Source: Octopus bimaculoides
Lineage: Eukaryota
Assembly: GCF_001194135.2 (NCBI RefSeq)
Contig: NC_068999.1
Span: 21,307,507-21,341,537, forward strand
DNA: 34,031 nucleotides
Direction of reading: 5' to 3'
Below the pieces are notes generated by a model. It was not told the DNA's origin. It worked only from the letters and a program-made list of their open reading frames with translations, and did not search any database. Below are positions 9,746-21,390 of this stretch, piece after piece (within the stretch, counting starts at the first letter, position 1; each line of letters begins with the position of its first letter). The position numbers and the translations under genes were made by a program.

Positions 9746-11569
9746 GTCATCCAGAACATTGTGTAGTATTTGTTGCGTTTTATTAGATTATTATACTCCT
9801 GTCGATTTTTTTTACTTCTTAGGTTGTCACTATTATGACACCTGACTCAATTGTGAAACCTGCATGTGGTCGCCAGTCTTAATAGACATGGCAGACAAAT
9901 CTTCGTTAAACTACACCTATCATCTTTAAAAAAGTATAGATACATTAGATAATACAGTGTGATTACATTACTTTTGGAAAGCAAAACGATGGTATGACCA
10001 TAGCTGGTATCCCTTCTATTACACGTCTACCCAATCTAAACCTAAATAACAAAAACATCTTCTTTCCTTTTCTTTACAACTAAAAAATATGTGGGTCATG
10101 AAATATTTTAGAGCTTTTTGCACAAGGCAACTATCTCAGCGTTCGGTTATGTCCACACAAAATAAGAAATCTTCAGACAGGAATCCGATATTTTTATTCA
10201 GCTCGGAAATTAAAAACACTTTCAAATTATATATGAAGGAAATGTAATGACAACAGAAATAGTGCTGTGTTAATGATAATGGAAGAGACAAGCAAAGGAA
10301 CAGCTGCAGAAATAAATTAAACAGAGAACAAAGACTCGATTTGTATGAAGCTGGCATTGAAGTAAGTAATGGCGAATGAATTTAAACCTAGGCTGAAGTG
10401 TCAGATCTTTTCTGAGGAAACAGTTCATGATTAGCTAAACTATCTAATCCTTTTATTCTAAATCACAATAACTCATGAAGCCGTTGCTTATCTCCGATTT
10501 CCCTAGCATTGAGAGGAAGAAAATAAATAGTTACTTTTTTTTTTCATTTAAAGCTGGGGCTGTTTCTTTTGAATGTTTTAGTATGTGTATTTTATCTTCT
10601 TTTTTTTGGTGGGGTGGAGGAGCGAATTGGGTTTCATGAAAAACAGCTTTCATGACTTTTCATCAGTCTCCAAGCTTGGTAGGAAAAAGGATGTGTGGAG
10701 TTACTCTCAAACATAACACCTGACAGAAATATTTGTAACTTAACTGATTATACTAAAAGGTTTCAAAGGAATCATATTCCAAGTGGTGGCATTCAATCGG
10801 ATGTCGTTGTTCACTCAAAAAAGTGTCAGACGGAAATTGGTTGGCATTCATAACGTCCATACTCTTCGTATATACTTACAGATCGTCCACAAATGACGTT
10901 GGTGTTTCTCTCTTCCTGTGAATCAATTGATGCTGTACGTTTTTAGCTTAATACAATGACACACAGCTTTTGGATTTCTTCTCACCACTTTGCACATTGA
11001 TTAAACTCTGCTTCACTCCAGATTTTTTTCCAAAACCAGTCTTTATTTTCTCGGAAGGAGCTTCTATGGTATTTGGTGATTGTGACCTCTCCGCCTCGCA
11101 TCTCTATAAACTGGAGATTTTCTTTAAATTTCTTGTGAATTATTTTTCTTTCAGCTGCTCGTTTCTGATGTCGGCGACTTTCACTGACAGATTTTAACTC
11201 CTCTTTTTTGGAGAAGTAATTAATTTGTACTTTGCTTTTATCTTTTCTATTGACTTCTGATGTTGTTTCTATTTTATTTTTCATTATTTGTTGGTCAAAA
11301 GTGTAGTTATCTGGAGTGTAGTGTTTTGCATGCAATAAGGAACAGCACAAAACTAATAGTTCTCCGTATAATCTTTTTCCCCATTATCTAAACCCATGTG
11401 TGCTTTCTTTATAGCTTTTACCTTTCTTTGAGCTCCTCACTATCTCCAAAAGATTGCATGTAGTTACTGACAAGGCATATAATAAAACGCCAGTTTGAAA
11501 AATAAAAAAATCCTTACACTGTTACGAATATCAAATCGATTTCGTTAGTCACCGTTAGAATCCGTCTTT

Positions 11570-11770
11570 GTTTTTCTTTTATTTGTTTCAGTGATTCGAC
11601 TGCAACCATGCTATAACACCGCCTTCAAAGGTTTAGTCGAACAAATCGACCCTAGTGCATCTTTTGTTAACGTCTGCTATTTATCCTATTGCACCCTTTT
11701 GCGAACCTCTAAGTAACGGTGACACTGGCAGCCGGTGAGGGGGACAAGCACAAAGACACTCATACATATA
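11570..11770 (-). mobile_element. SINE family 1, 3' portion
   Basis: Reverse complement of the 41-189 and 13230-13420 motif string (ttcagtgattcgactgcaaccatgct...gtcgaacaaatcgaccc). Confidence 0.75.
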
Positions 11771-11777
11771 TATTACA

Positions 11778-12520
11778 GCAGTATCGGTACCAAGCTGTGT
11801 TTATGCATAAGCGAAATTTAGGTTACTTAAAATGTGTTTGTAACATATTTCAATTTCTAAAGGCATGTTCACTGCAGTTACTGTGGAGACAAAATTCTCT
11901 CTTAATGGTAAAAAGGTATAAAAACACCATATCTGTCCAGTGCTTCCCCCTGTCGGATTCCCAGGTACGTGTTTAGCTCTTTAGCCGTTATCAGTGAGAA
12001 ATGCCGAAGCGAGACAACTCTGGACAGACTTAATTAAAGCCGTGGTTTTAACTAAATCAGTCAATAACATCGACTTAGTTGAGCCATTAGACCGCCAGGT
12101 CGGAATAAATCATAGCAGTATCAGCATTAAACAGTGTTTAGGCGTACGCGAACTTTGGGATATTTAAAATGTTTGTGACATATTTCAACTCCTAAAAACA
12201 AATTCGCTGCAGTTACTGTGGGGGGAAAAAATTCTTCTTATGGTAAAAAGGTGAAAAAACGCCATGTCTGTCCAGGGTGTATGAGGCGTTACAGGGTATA
12301 GGAGGTATCAGAAAGGGGTAGCATTTTTTTATGAGGGAAACACGTCGCACTTTTAGGGGTAGTTCGTCTGCTTTGGTCTCTGCCTGGAACACTACTCTTA
12401 CCTCCAAGTAACTGTTTGCATGTAACAGCAGCAACACACCAGTCAAACTGCTTCGACCGGCGGTATAAACCAGGTGAAGGTAGCCAACGTGTATGTAACA
12501 GGCTTCCTGTTAATTGCAAT
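11778..12520. repeat. Unclassified interspersed repeat with internal direct repeat (11778-11940 vs 12115-12275); part recurs inverted at 15873-16003
   Basis: Shared strings ctgcagttactgtgg, ttatggtaaaaagg and tctgtccag in both direct copies; ggagaccaaagcagacgaac...ccctaaaagtg.gacgtgttt...gctacccctt shared with 15873-16003. Confidence 0.7.
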
Positions 12521-13050
12521 TTGGCCACACAGTGTTAAAATTAGCACCTGTTTCTGCTATCTTAGTGTCAGAAATAGAAATTTCAAGCGAGAAATATTGA
12601 ACATCTCAACCAACTTGACTCGTAAATAAATTAAAGCAGAATATCAAATTCCGATATTTTCCATTTCAGTGTATATAGTTGATAATATCTAAGAATAAAT
12701 ACGCTATAAGCTAATTAATCAAATAATTAATTATGTTGCATTTCTTAATCAAATAAATTCACCAATAGGTGATTTTCTTTTTATATTGACTTCGGGATTA
12801 CCTTTGCATAGTATTTCCTTGAAGTCAGCATTAAAAGTCGAACAGTCAGGAAGAGTATAGTTATCCTGTTATTGGTGGTGATGTTGTTGATTTAATCCAC
12901 AGGTTAATCTTTATCGACTGAAATAAAGGTGTGTCAGACATAATGTGGCTATGACCTGTTCATTTTTTTTTTTTACTTAAGCGTATACACATACACACAT
13001 ACTCACACACACACATTATGTATGCATGTATGTATGTATGTATATACGCG

Positions 13051-13427
13051 TGGGCATGGCGAAGTGGTAAGAAGTTCGCTTGCTAACCTCATGGTTTTGC
13101 TTTCGGTCTCACTGCGTGATATTTTGGGCGTAAACAGAAAGAAGGCAGACGTACCACATACGAGCTCGCGCGTCTAAGTGTCTATGCATATATGTATGTA
13201 TATATGTGTGCATCTTTGTGTTTCTGTTTGTTCCCGACCACCGCTTGAAACCGGTGTTGGTTTGTATATGTCACCGTAACCTAGCGGTTCGGCAAAAGAA
13301 ACGATAGAATAATTACTAGACTTAAAAAGAAAATAAGTCCTGGAATCGATTTATTCAACCAAAATTCTTCAAGGTGTTGCCCCAGCACGGCCGCTGTGCA
13401 GTTCAATGACTAAAGCAATTAAAGGAT
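13051..13427 (+). mobile_element. SINE family 1, near full length with internal deletion
   Basis: tRNA-like head ggcatggcgaagtggtaagaagttcgct, internal (TA/TG)n, 3' body and tail. Confidence 0.85.
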
Positions 13428-14522
13428 CTTAAAATATGATGGAATTATCAAATGTTCCTTCTTTGATTCCAAGATGCTAAAATGTAATTTAGTTTCTATT
13501 TCTACCAGGTCGGACGACCGTTGTTTCTTGGACGACTGTCCTCTTACAGCAATAAACTTCAATACCACAATGCAACAATGCCACTTGCATATGGCCAGTC
13601 CAGTTAGTGTTAAGTCTCGGCTATGGGCCTACCGAGGTTCAAGTGATAAGATATGAATAAAGAAAATATTAGTCGATTGCGTGTTATCATAACGATACGG
13701 CCAGCTGTGACAGCCTCTGTGTAATGCCATAATACAATTTTATCGACTTCGCTTTGATAGAATGATAAACTAGAAATATCATATAGCTGTTGAGTTTTCA
13801 GATATCCAACATTTTGTGTTACTATGTTTAAGTGTATGTACGATCTAGCACTGGTATTACTACTTCATGTCAGCTGTCCAGATAGAAGGGTAATTTTATT
13901 TCCGCTTTCTCTCCGAGTAAATTTCGTCAGTAAGATTGATGATACTGAGAAATAAAAAAGAAAAAGAAACTTAAGAAAGAATTAGATAAAGAGAGAAATA
14001 AAATATTTTATGTTCATACTTCTTCGTTCACAGTTGGAGGTGTTGATATTTATAGAAGGAATAAATAAATATTCTGTGCATTGGCTGAGCAGTTAAATAT
14101 GGTTTATGATTCATGAACTTAGACATGATGACTTTGCATTGTTGTGAGTTCTTCGGCGGCATTCTTGACACATAATTATTTTTCTATTTTGCATGGAAGA
14201 TACTGTATCAATGCAATTTTTATGTTGGAGCAGTTAAATCTAGGAGAGGGCATTCAACTTTATAAACACCTTCTCTTTGTATGTATATGCTTGTCCAAAT
14301 GGTAAGTTGTAACGAGCCCATAAATTAAACCACAAGCAGATGCATGCGGCAAAATATATATGAATAGCTTAAGTTTGAACAGCAGGAATATTAATATTAT
14401 TACGTTATCTAATCTGTGTGCAGTTGATATAACTTCAAACTCGGTAATATAGAAAATAGGTCGAAAGAACATAAGATGATGCTATAAATTTTAGCAACTG
14501 GAATTTTCATAGTTATACAAAT

Positions 14523-14660
14523 GGACGCAGGTGTAGCTGTGTGGTTAAGATGTTCGCTTTGAATTACGTGCTTATGGGTTCTATCCCACTGCATGGTACC
14601 TCGGGCATGCTTTTTCTATTATAGAATTGAGTCGACCATAGCCTTGCAAATGTAGTTTCA
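14523..14660 (+). mobile_element. SINE family 1, 5' portion
   Basis: ggacgcaggtgtagctgtgtggttaagatgttcgc...gggttctatcccactgc. Confidence 0.75.
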
Positions 14661-14842
14661 GTGGAGAAGCCGGGTCAAGGCTGTTTCTGTTGTTCAGTAA
14701 TATAGATAATCCGACGCCATGTTTAGCAGGAACCCCCTACCTATAGGTTGCGTTTGGCAGGAGCAAGCACTGAGGTCCAGGTCTTCAAACTCAAAGACAG
14801 TCTAGCAAGTACATTCCATCTTTTCAGAGATATAAAGGACTA

Positions 14843-15264
14843 CCGTAAATCCTCGAGTATAGTCCGCCCTTGAGTATAATACGCAGAGGATTTTTAGGGG
14901 GCTGTACCAATGAAAAACCTAAACCTTGTGTATAATACGCACCCCTTCTCTAACTTGAGTCAAGGTCTATATAATGTCCTTGGTTTGTAAACGTATATAT
15001 GGTAACGTCCTTTATTATTATTGTATATATAACATAATGCAAACGTGTAGCTTTTTTGTGCACTTTGTTTGCAGAAAATAAAGAAATAACAGTAATAACG
15101 TCAGTAAAAAATAAATATTAAGTAAATTGCCTTTACATATTTATCACTTAGAAAATTTTGCTTAGAATATATTTTTCATTTTTAACCTCGTATACAGTAC
15201 GCACTAGAAATTTTGACCTTTAAATTTTGAGGAAAAAGTGCGGATTATACTCGAGGATTTACAG
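14843..15264. mobile_element. Tigger/pogo-type (Tc1/mariner superfamily) MITE with TA target-site duplication
   Basis: TA|CCGTAAATCCTCGAGTATAGTCCGC ... GCGGATTATACTCGAGGATTTACAG|TA; about 25-bp terminal inverted repeats with two mismatches; internal gtataatacgca subterminal repeats; non-coding. Confidence 0.9.
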
Positions 15265-15505
15265 TACATTATCTAGTGTATCATTTTCTTGTTTAGGGTG
15301 TGATCTGAGTGAGACTTGCTTACTATTTCTCGATCGATTTTTTTATTTATTCATTCAGTGATTTTAAGTAGTTTCATACATTTATATATTTATGAGACTG
15401 CAGTTAATGAAACACTTCCTTTTTATTGTAATCTAACAATTTTTACATACAGATAAACAGATGCCTTCTGACAGGGAACTATTTAAATACAGATATGTCT
15501 TTGCT

Positions 15506-15642
15506 AGCACGAGGTTCCAGGTTCGATTTCACTCCACGGCACCTGGAACATGTTTTGTCTCCTACAATAACTTTAGTCGATGAAAGCATGTGAGTGAAAT
15601 TTGATAGACGAAAATTATGTAGAATCCCATCGAAGAGGCTGC
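15506..15642 (+). mobile_element. SINE family 1 fragment
   Basis: cacgaggttccaggttcgatttcactccacggcacc...gtgagtgaaatttgatagacgaaaa matches the 5' half of other copies. Confidence 0.65.
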
Positions 15643-15872
15643 TCTTCTTCGTGAACAGAATACAAAGTTTCCACCATCTGTCTTTTTGAGTTGCCTTTAG
15701 TAGTGTCCGTCTGACTGCAAGCATTTACAAAAGGCCGCCTATTTGAAATCAAAGCCCTCTTTTCCTCTCCTCAAACACAGAGACCTGCAGGAAGACTCAT
15801 CAGTGTGGCTGTTCTCCTTTGGTTACGACATTTGAAATATCAAAAAGGGATTAAAAAGTTTATTCGGTTATT

Positions 15873-16003
15873 GAAAATGATGTTACTTGGAAGTGAGCGT
15901 TGGGTCTCAGGCGGAGACCAAAGCAGACGAACCATCCCTAAAAGTGTGACGTGTTTTCCCCGTCAAAAGTGCTACCCCTTCTTAACATTTCATACACCCT
16001 GCA
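15873..16003. repeat. Inverted copy of 12273-12412 repeat segment
   Basis: Reverse-complement alignment by eye. Confidence 0.75.
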
Positions 16004-16207
16004 ATGCTAGTAACTCTGTTTTTTTTAATTATGCAGCAATGCGGAAGCAATTGATGTTATGAATCCTATGATTAGAATGTTTGGCACATCACATTTACAA
16101 TATATACTCTTTCATATTCTTGGAAAAAGGAAGTTCAATATTTTTACCCAATGAGATTAATCTACAATTATGATGACGCTGGAATGACATCCATGGTTTA
16201 TTTGTCA

Positions 16208-16897
16208 CGGCACCCCGACAATTCCGTACATGACAATTCAGCGCAACGACAATTCAGTGCAAAGACAATTCTCTTGGATCATTCTTCTCGGTACATCATT
16301 AAATGCACCAGCCCTCTCAAGAATATTTGAAAGCATTGCTGATATTGATAACTGTGGCGCATGACTATGTTCCATGACATCTTTCCATAAACTTCCATAA
16401 ACATGGATACGACCTATGCATTTATCTTCAGTACAACGCCAAGACTCTTTTCCATTTCGAAGTTTTTTATCTAAAAGATAGCAAAATCCATTTAAGAAAA
16501 TGTTCTCACGTCCTTTCTCTGATGAAATCCGCTCCCTAGGGCTTGTTTTTCTGTTTTTAAATTAGCAAATGTTTGTAACCAACTGGAATACTAAAAAAGA
16601 AAAAAATACCATCCTAAGTTTGCAAAATGACATTAATGATATGGTATAGTCGTATAGTTAATGATATGGTATACTCGTAAAATTTTGGGACTATCAACAA
16701 TTGAAAACGCTACCACTTATTCAACGGTTGTTAGTGGTAACAATCTAAAACATTACCATTTATTCACAAAGTTGAAAAGTTTAGAAGTTCTGAAAACAAA
16801 ATAAATTAAATTAAATTTCATTTGCACACAAACACGATGCGTTGAATTGTCTTTGCGTTAAATTGTCGGTTCAAGATTTGTCATACAGCAGAACCCC
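16208..16897 (-). mobile_element. Internally deleted Mutator-like (MULE/Phantom-type) DNA transposon with FLYWCH remnant
   Basis: Left end has tandem GACAATT(C)-cored repeats (16217-16270); right end has their inverted counterparts (aattgtc, 16845-16882); FLYWCH-coding frame inside. Exact termini and target-site duplication not resolved. Confidence 0.65.
16238..16558 (-). pseudogene. FLYWCH zinc-finger domain fragment, stop-free frame without Met start (absent from the ORF track)
   Basis: Reads ..ISSEKGRENIFLNGFCYLLDKKLRNGKESWRCTEDKCIGRIHVYGSLWKDVMEHSHAP.., matching S.KG...L..NGF.Y..D......WRC....C.GR.H......H.H.P. The frame runs into the left subterminal repeats and stops at TGA 16238-16240. 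Confidence 0.8.
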
Positions 16898-16952
16898 AAG
16901 ATCCTGACTTCAGCAATGTAACAGTATGGAATATAGTAATGATTCAATCAAA

Positions 16953-18055
16953 TTGGACACAAGGTTAACAATTAGGAAGGAAGAATGAAGTCAATTATAT
17001 CGACCCTGGTGCTCAAGTGATACTTATTTTGTCAACCTCGAAAACATGAACGACAAAGTCTACCTCGGCGGTATTTGAAGTTAGATGGTAAAGAACCGAA
17101 AGAAATACCGTTATGCATTTTAGCCTCCACAGTAACGAGTACGCTAGCTTGCCGCCTTACTAAGTCTACTAATGCTCCTTCCTATTATAGCCACGGGGCC
17201 TGGAATTTTGACTTCAGTCTTCAACTGGTACTTACTTTATAAACCTTCAAAGAATGAAAGACAAATCGATCTCGACGGAATTTGAACTCAGAACGCAAAG
17301 ACGGACAAAATGTTGCTAAGTATTTTATCCAGCGTGGTAACGTTTCTGGCAGCTTGCCGTCCTACTACATCTATTAGTTATAATAATCATAATTATAATA
17401 TTCATTGTTTCTAACATAGGCTCAAGGCTAGAATTTTGTAAGTGAAAATTTAGTCGATTAAACCATCTTCATTTTTGACTGGTACTATATTTGATAGAAC
17501 TCGAAAATGACGAGCGACACAGTTTACCACGGCAAGATTTGAACTCAGTGTATAAAGTGCGGAAACAAGTATCGCAAATCGATTTCTTTTTCCGACGCTG
17601 AAACGTTTCTACCAATCCACTACCTTTTTCTTTAATTTCTAATTTACACAAAAGTTCTTGAAATTTGGGGTGGAGAGTGTATTCGATTAATTCAACACTA
17701 GTGCCTGAGTGGTACATTATTTTATCGATTCCATAAGGTTGAAGAACAAAACTGACTTCTACAGGATTTGAACATAGAGCGTAAAGAGCCTGAATAAATA
17801 CCACAAGGTATTGTTCTTCCAACACTTTAGCGATTCTTCCAATTCACTGCCTTAATAATCATTTCCAGTTTCGGCTCCAGGCCAATAATTCTTTGTAGGG
17901 ATGTCGTGGATTAGTGCAGTAAATCGACTTGACTGACACTCTTTATTATCGAACCCTGGAAAAATAAAAGGAAATGTTGCCTTCGGTGGACTCTTAACTC
18001 AAAGTATAAAGAATTGTAATTAAATGTCACAAGGTATTCTTCTAGTACACTTGCC
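16953..18055 (-). mobile_element. Five head-to-tail diverged SINE family 2 copies
   Basis: Units at about 16953-17157, 17175-17365, 17405-17625, 17632-17852 and 17862-18055; each shows variants of ggtactta.ttt.tcga.c.c.aaag.atgaa...caaagtcgac.tcggcggaatttgaactcag. Confidence 0.75.
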
Positions 18056-18471
18056 CTTTATAAAACAATGATAATTTTAAACATTATTCCTATCTATCTT
18101 CGTCCATTGTGGTGTAGACATCATAGGCCATCGATTAAATATTTAATTAAAGTAAATTTATAAATTTGATACTTTTGTATAATGCAATTGCTGTTTAAAG
18201 GAAACATGATTGTATAATAAACTGAAATGATTGCATTCTGTAAAGGTAATACTATAATATAATGGAATGAACGATTACTATAAATATGATACTATATGTA
18301 ATTTTGCCTAAGTGAGAGTTGGTACTGTTAGTATAATGTAAATAAACTGCAAATATTCTACAGGGACGGTTGATAAGAACGGGGAAGAAAAGAACGGAAT
18401 AATTCCATTATTACTTGTTAATGGAATGGAAATTATTAATAATAGATATAAATATTAGATATTAGGTATTA

Positions 18472-18678
18472 AGTCTAGCAGAATCGTTAGTACGCCAAAC
18501 AAAGTACTTAACGGCGTTACTTCCGGTTTTACGTTCTGAGTTCGAATTCCGCCGAGGTGGAATTTGCCTTCCATTTTTTTCAGAATCGATAAAATAAGTA
18601 CCAGTTGATCATTGGAGTCATATAATCGACTTAAACCCTCCTCCTAAATTGCTGGCCTTGTGCCAAAATTTGAAAGCA
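18472..18678 (+). mobile_element. SINE family 2, near full length
   Basis: ctagcagaatcgttagtacgcc...ttacgttctgagttcgaattccgccgagg...gataaaataagtaccagttg...gctggccttgtgccaaaatttgaaa. Confidence 0.85.
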
Positions 18679-18727
18679 ATATTTTATCACTGCTGCTAAT
18701 ACTATGGTAGGGATATAGTGGTGGACA

Positions 18728-18810
18728 TTCGGTGTGTTTATGGCCTCATAACCTAACGGCTCGGCAAAAGAGACCGATAAAATAAGTACTATGCTTACAA
18801 AGAATAAGTA
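18728..18810 (+). mobile_element. SINE family 1, 3' fragment
   Basis: cggctcggcaaaagagaccgataaaataagtactatgcttacaaagaataag. Confidence 0.75.
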
Positions 18811-18999
18811 AGCTAAAATCTATAGATATATTCCGTAGAACAATCTAGATAAAAAAGCAAAAAGAAATGCAATAGTAATTGATTTATGCATACAGACACA
18901 CACATATGTGTTTCGAGTTCCTTCACTAAGAATTAAATATATTCCTTTGAGTGCTTCTCATTGCTCAAAGGAAACTGATATTCCTAACGTTGAGATGAC

Positions 19000-20024
19000 T
19001 TATTCTAGTCATCCTAATTAGTGAGTTGTCCCTATTTCTGGTTTGAGAGCGATTTACTTTCAAAAGTGAGGTTGATTTTGTGTGATTGTGTTCTTTTTAA
19101 ATGTCTATAATTTGATCTAATTGGTTGTTTAATTATTTCTACGTGGGATTTCATCCTCGTTTTCTTTCAAAATGGATTATCGGGACTATATCCTGTTTTG
19201 AACTGGGTTTCATAATTATCGAAAAAAAAAAACATTACATTTTTCCCCCAACATTGAAAGGAATTTATTTCTTCAGATTCACTAATTTCTTTCTATAGTT
19301 TGAGAACATTTTCCAAAAGATGTCCATCAATATGTTTAATGAGTGCGATATGTATTTCTTCATCATTGATTTTATCTTTTTGTTCATTGTTTGATACTAT
19401 TAGTTCAAATAATTCAATTTCTGTTTTCATTTTCTCTAACGCTAATTTCTCCTTTAGTTGTCTTTGATGTTCTGGTTCTTCTGGAATTGGTTTTATCTGT
19501 AGCTTGCGTGGAAGGACTAACGCTGTTGAGTTCATGCATCTCTTATATATTTCTGCTTTGTTATTTTTTAGCATCTTCAAATTTTGTAGCGTTTAAATTT
19601 TTGTTCCAAATATGACTAATATGGCTTTTAACTATGCTGGGGTTGGTTCTTTTAATTATGAGATTCGTATTTGGTTTTAGTGAGCGAAGGAGGCGATGTT
19701 ATCTTTTTTAATTTTGTTTCTAAAAATTGAATTTAAGGTTGGACATAATTTTGACAAACCTGTTCCGCAGACTCAATTCTTTCTTCACGTTCAGCAATTT
19801 AATTCATCGATTGTGTTAATTAGTATGGCCAGATTTGAGTTAATCTCTTTTAATTCCTTCAGAATGCTTTCGTTGGTACTTTTATCCAATGTTTTTGATT
19901 TCGGTTGCATTTTCAAACCCACGTTTGATGTATAATAGTGAAATGGTTCGATAGAAAAATTTCTACGTGGTGAATTGTAGTGAAAAATATAAAAAGAAAT
20001 ATATACAGAAATTTTATGTTGGAC
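19000..20024 (-). pseudogene. Degraded coding-like region, probably a retroelement N-terminal ORF; family unassigned
   Basis: 95-aa ORF 19293-19580 (..LVLPRKLQIKPIPEEPEHQRQLKEKLALEKMKTEIELFELIV..) is flanked by interrupted frames that continue as charged helical sequence (ESILKELKRL..IAEREERIESAEQ upstream; VLKL*KEISESEENK downstream). Truncated by gap 20025-20535. Confidence 0.4.
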
Positions 20025-20860
20025 NNNNNNNNNNNNNNNNNNNNNNNNNNNNNNNNNNNNNNNNNNNNNNNNNNNNNNNNNNNNNNNNNNNNNNNNNNNN
20101 NNNNNNNNNNNNNNNNNNNNNNNNNNNNNNNNNNNNNNNNNNNNNNNNNNNNNNNNNNNNNNNNNNNNNNNNNNNNNNNNNNNNNNNNNNNNNNNNNNNN
20201 NNNNNNNNNNNNNNNNNNNNNNNNNNNNNNNNNNNNNNNNNNNNNNNNNNNNNNNNNNNNNNNNNNNNNNNNNNNNNNNNNNNNNNNNNNNNNNNNNNNN
20301 NNNNNNNNNNNNNNNNNNNNNNNNNNNNNNNNNNNNNNNNNNNNNNNNNNNNNNNNNNNNNNNNNNNNNNNNNNNNNNNNNNNNNNNNNNNNNNNNNNNN
20401 NNNNNNNNNNNNNNNNNNNNNNNNNNNNNNNNNNNNNNNNNNNNNNNNNNNNNNNNNNNNNNNNNNNNNNNNNNNNNNNNNNNNNNNNNNNNNNNNNNNN
20501 NNNNNNNNNNNNNNNNNNNNNNNNNNNNNNNNNNNCGGGAATACTTCTGGGTTGCTTCTGGGTACCCATGTGGAGACAGGAATAAAAATTCAACATTGAA
20601 TATATTCCGTGTATATATTTGATAAATAAATTCAAAAAGGGATAAAATTCTTTTACAAGAATGTTATCAAGAAGCCAGTGTGTAAAAAAATTCATAAGGG
20701 AAATTTCTATTCCCAAGAATATAATTATTCGTTTATATTTATATAAAGGGCATTATTACAGAAAATAATAACGCCACACAGTGGACTTCTCAAAATAACC
20801 ACATTTAGTACCTAATGCGAGGAAAAACAACCAACAGAAGACGACCAACTTTCTTTTGGG

Positions 20861-21323
20861 GTTATGAGAGGTAATGGTGTCAGTAAGACACAAAGGTGTC
20901 AAGTAAAGCTGAGTAAATGCTATGGAAAGACCATAGTTAAGCTCAGGTTCGGTGGTTATGCGAATAAGGAGTCCAACGTAGGTCATATATCAGCGTGTGT
21001 ATATACAAACAATTTTTGTACAAACTTTATACTTGGAATGACAATTTTAGATACTATTGGATTTTACTCACAGGGTATTGGAATCTTATATGTATACCAT
21101 TCTGCCTAAATAATGGATCTACAAACGCAATATCTCATATCTATTTTCATTCCTTCACTTCATTCTCTATTTCGTATCTTATCTAAATTAACTATTGCTT
21201 AACCATCTTCTCATACCGTCTCCGATGACGGGATATAATAAATATCCTGGAAACAGCTATAAGACTTCCTATTTATAAATGTTCTAAAATCTTCACATCT
21301 TTGGGTTTTTTATCTCATTCTGA
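20861..21323 (+). mobile_element. Interspersed repeat, copy 2 (inverted relative to 3624-4104); putative Penelope-like terminal repeat
   Basis: Alignment to copy 1; hammerhead-like motif near its 3' end. Confidence 0.7.
21218..21265 (+). ncRNA. Degenerate minimal type-I hammerhead ribozyme motif
   Basis: GTCT CCGATGA CGGGATAT AATAA ATATCCTG GAAAC AGCT ATA AGAC: 4-bp helix I, 8-bp helix II, GAAA, AGCT loop; U4>C and G16.2>A relative to the canonical core. Confidence 0.55.
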
Positions 21324-21334
21324 AAAAAATTGTT

Positions 21335-21375
<41 letters not shown>

Positions 21376-21390
21376 ATTAGATAAAGTATT

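Noticed and set aside
10391-10430. CTGAAGT-GTCAGA..TCTGAG-GAAAC-A-GTT hammerhead-like string
   Set aside because: A9 is mutated, helix II is closed by G-G, and there is no helix I.
10880-10915. 36-nt minus-strand micro-exon candidate (CAG|...|GTAAGT)
   Set aside because: Acceptor lacks a pyrimidine tract and the peptide is uninformative; such signal pairs arise by chance in 34 kb.
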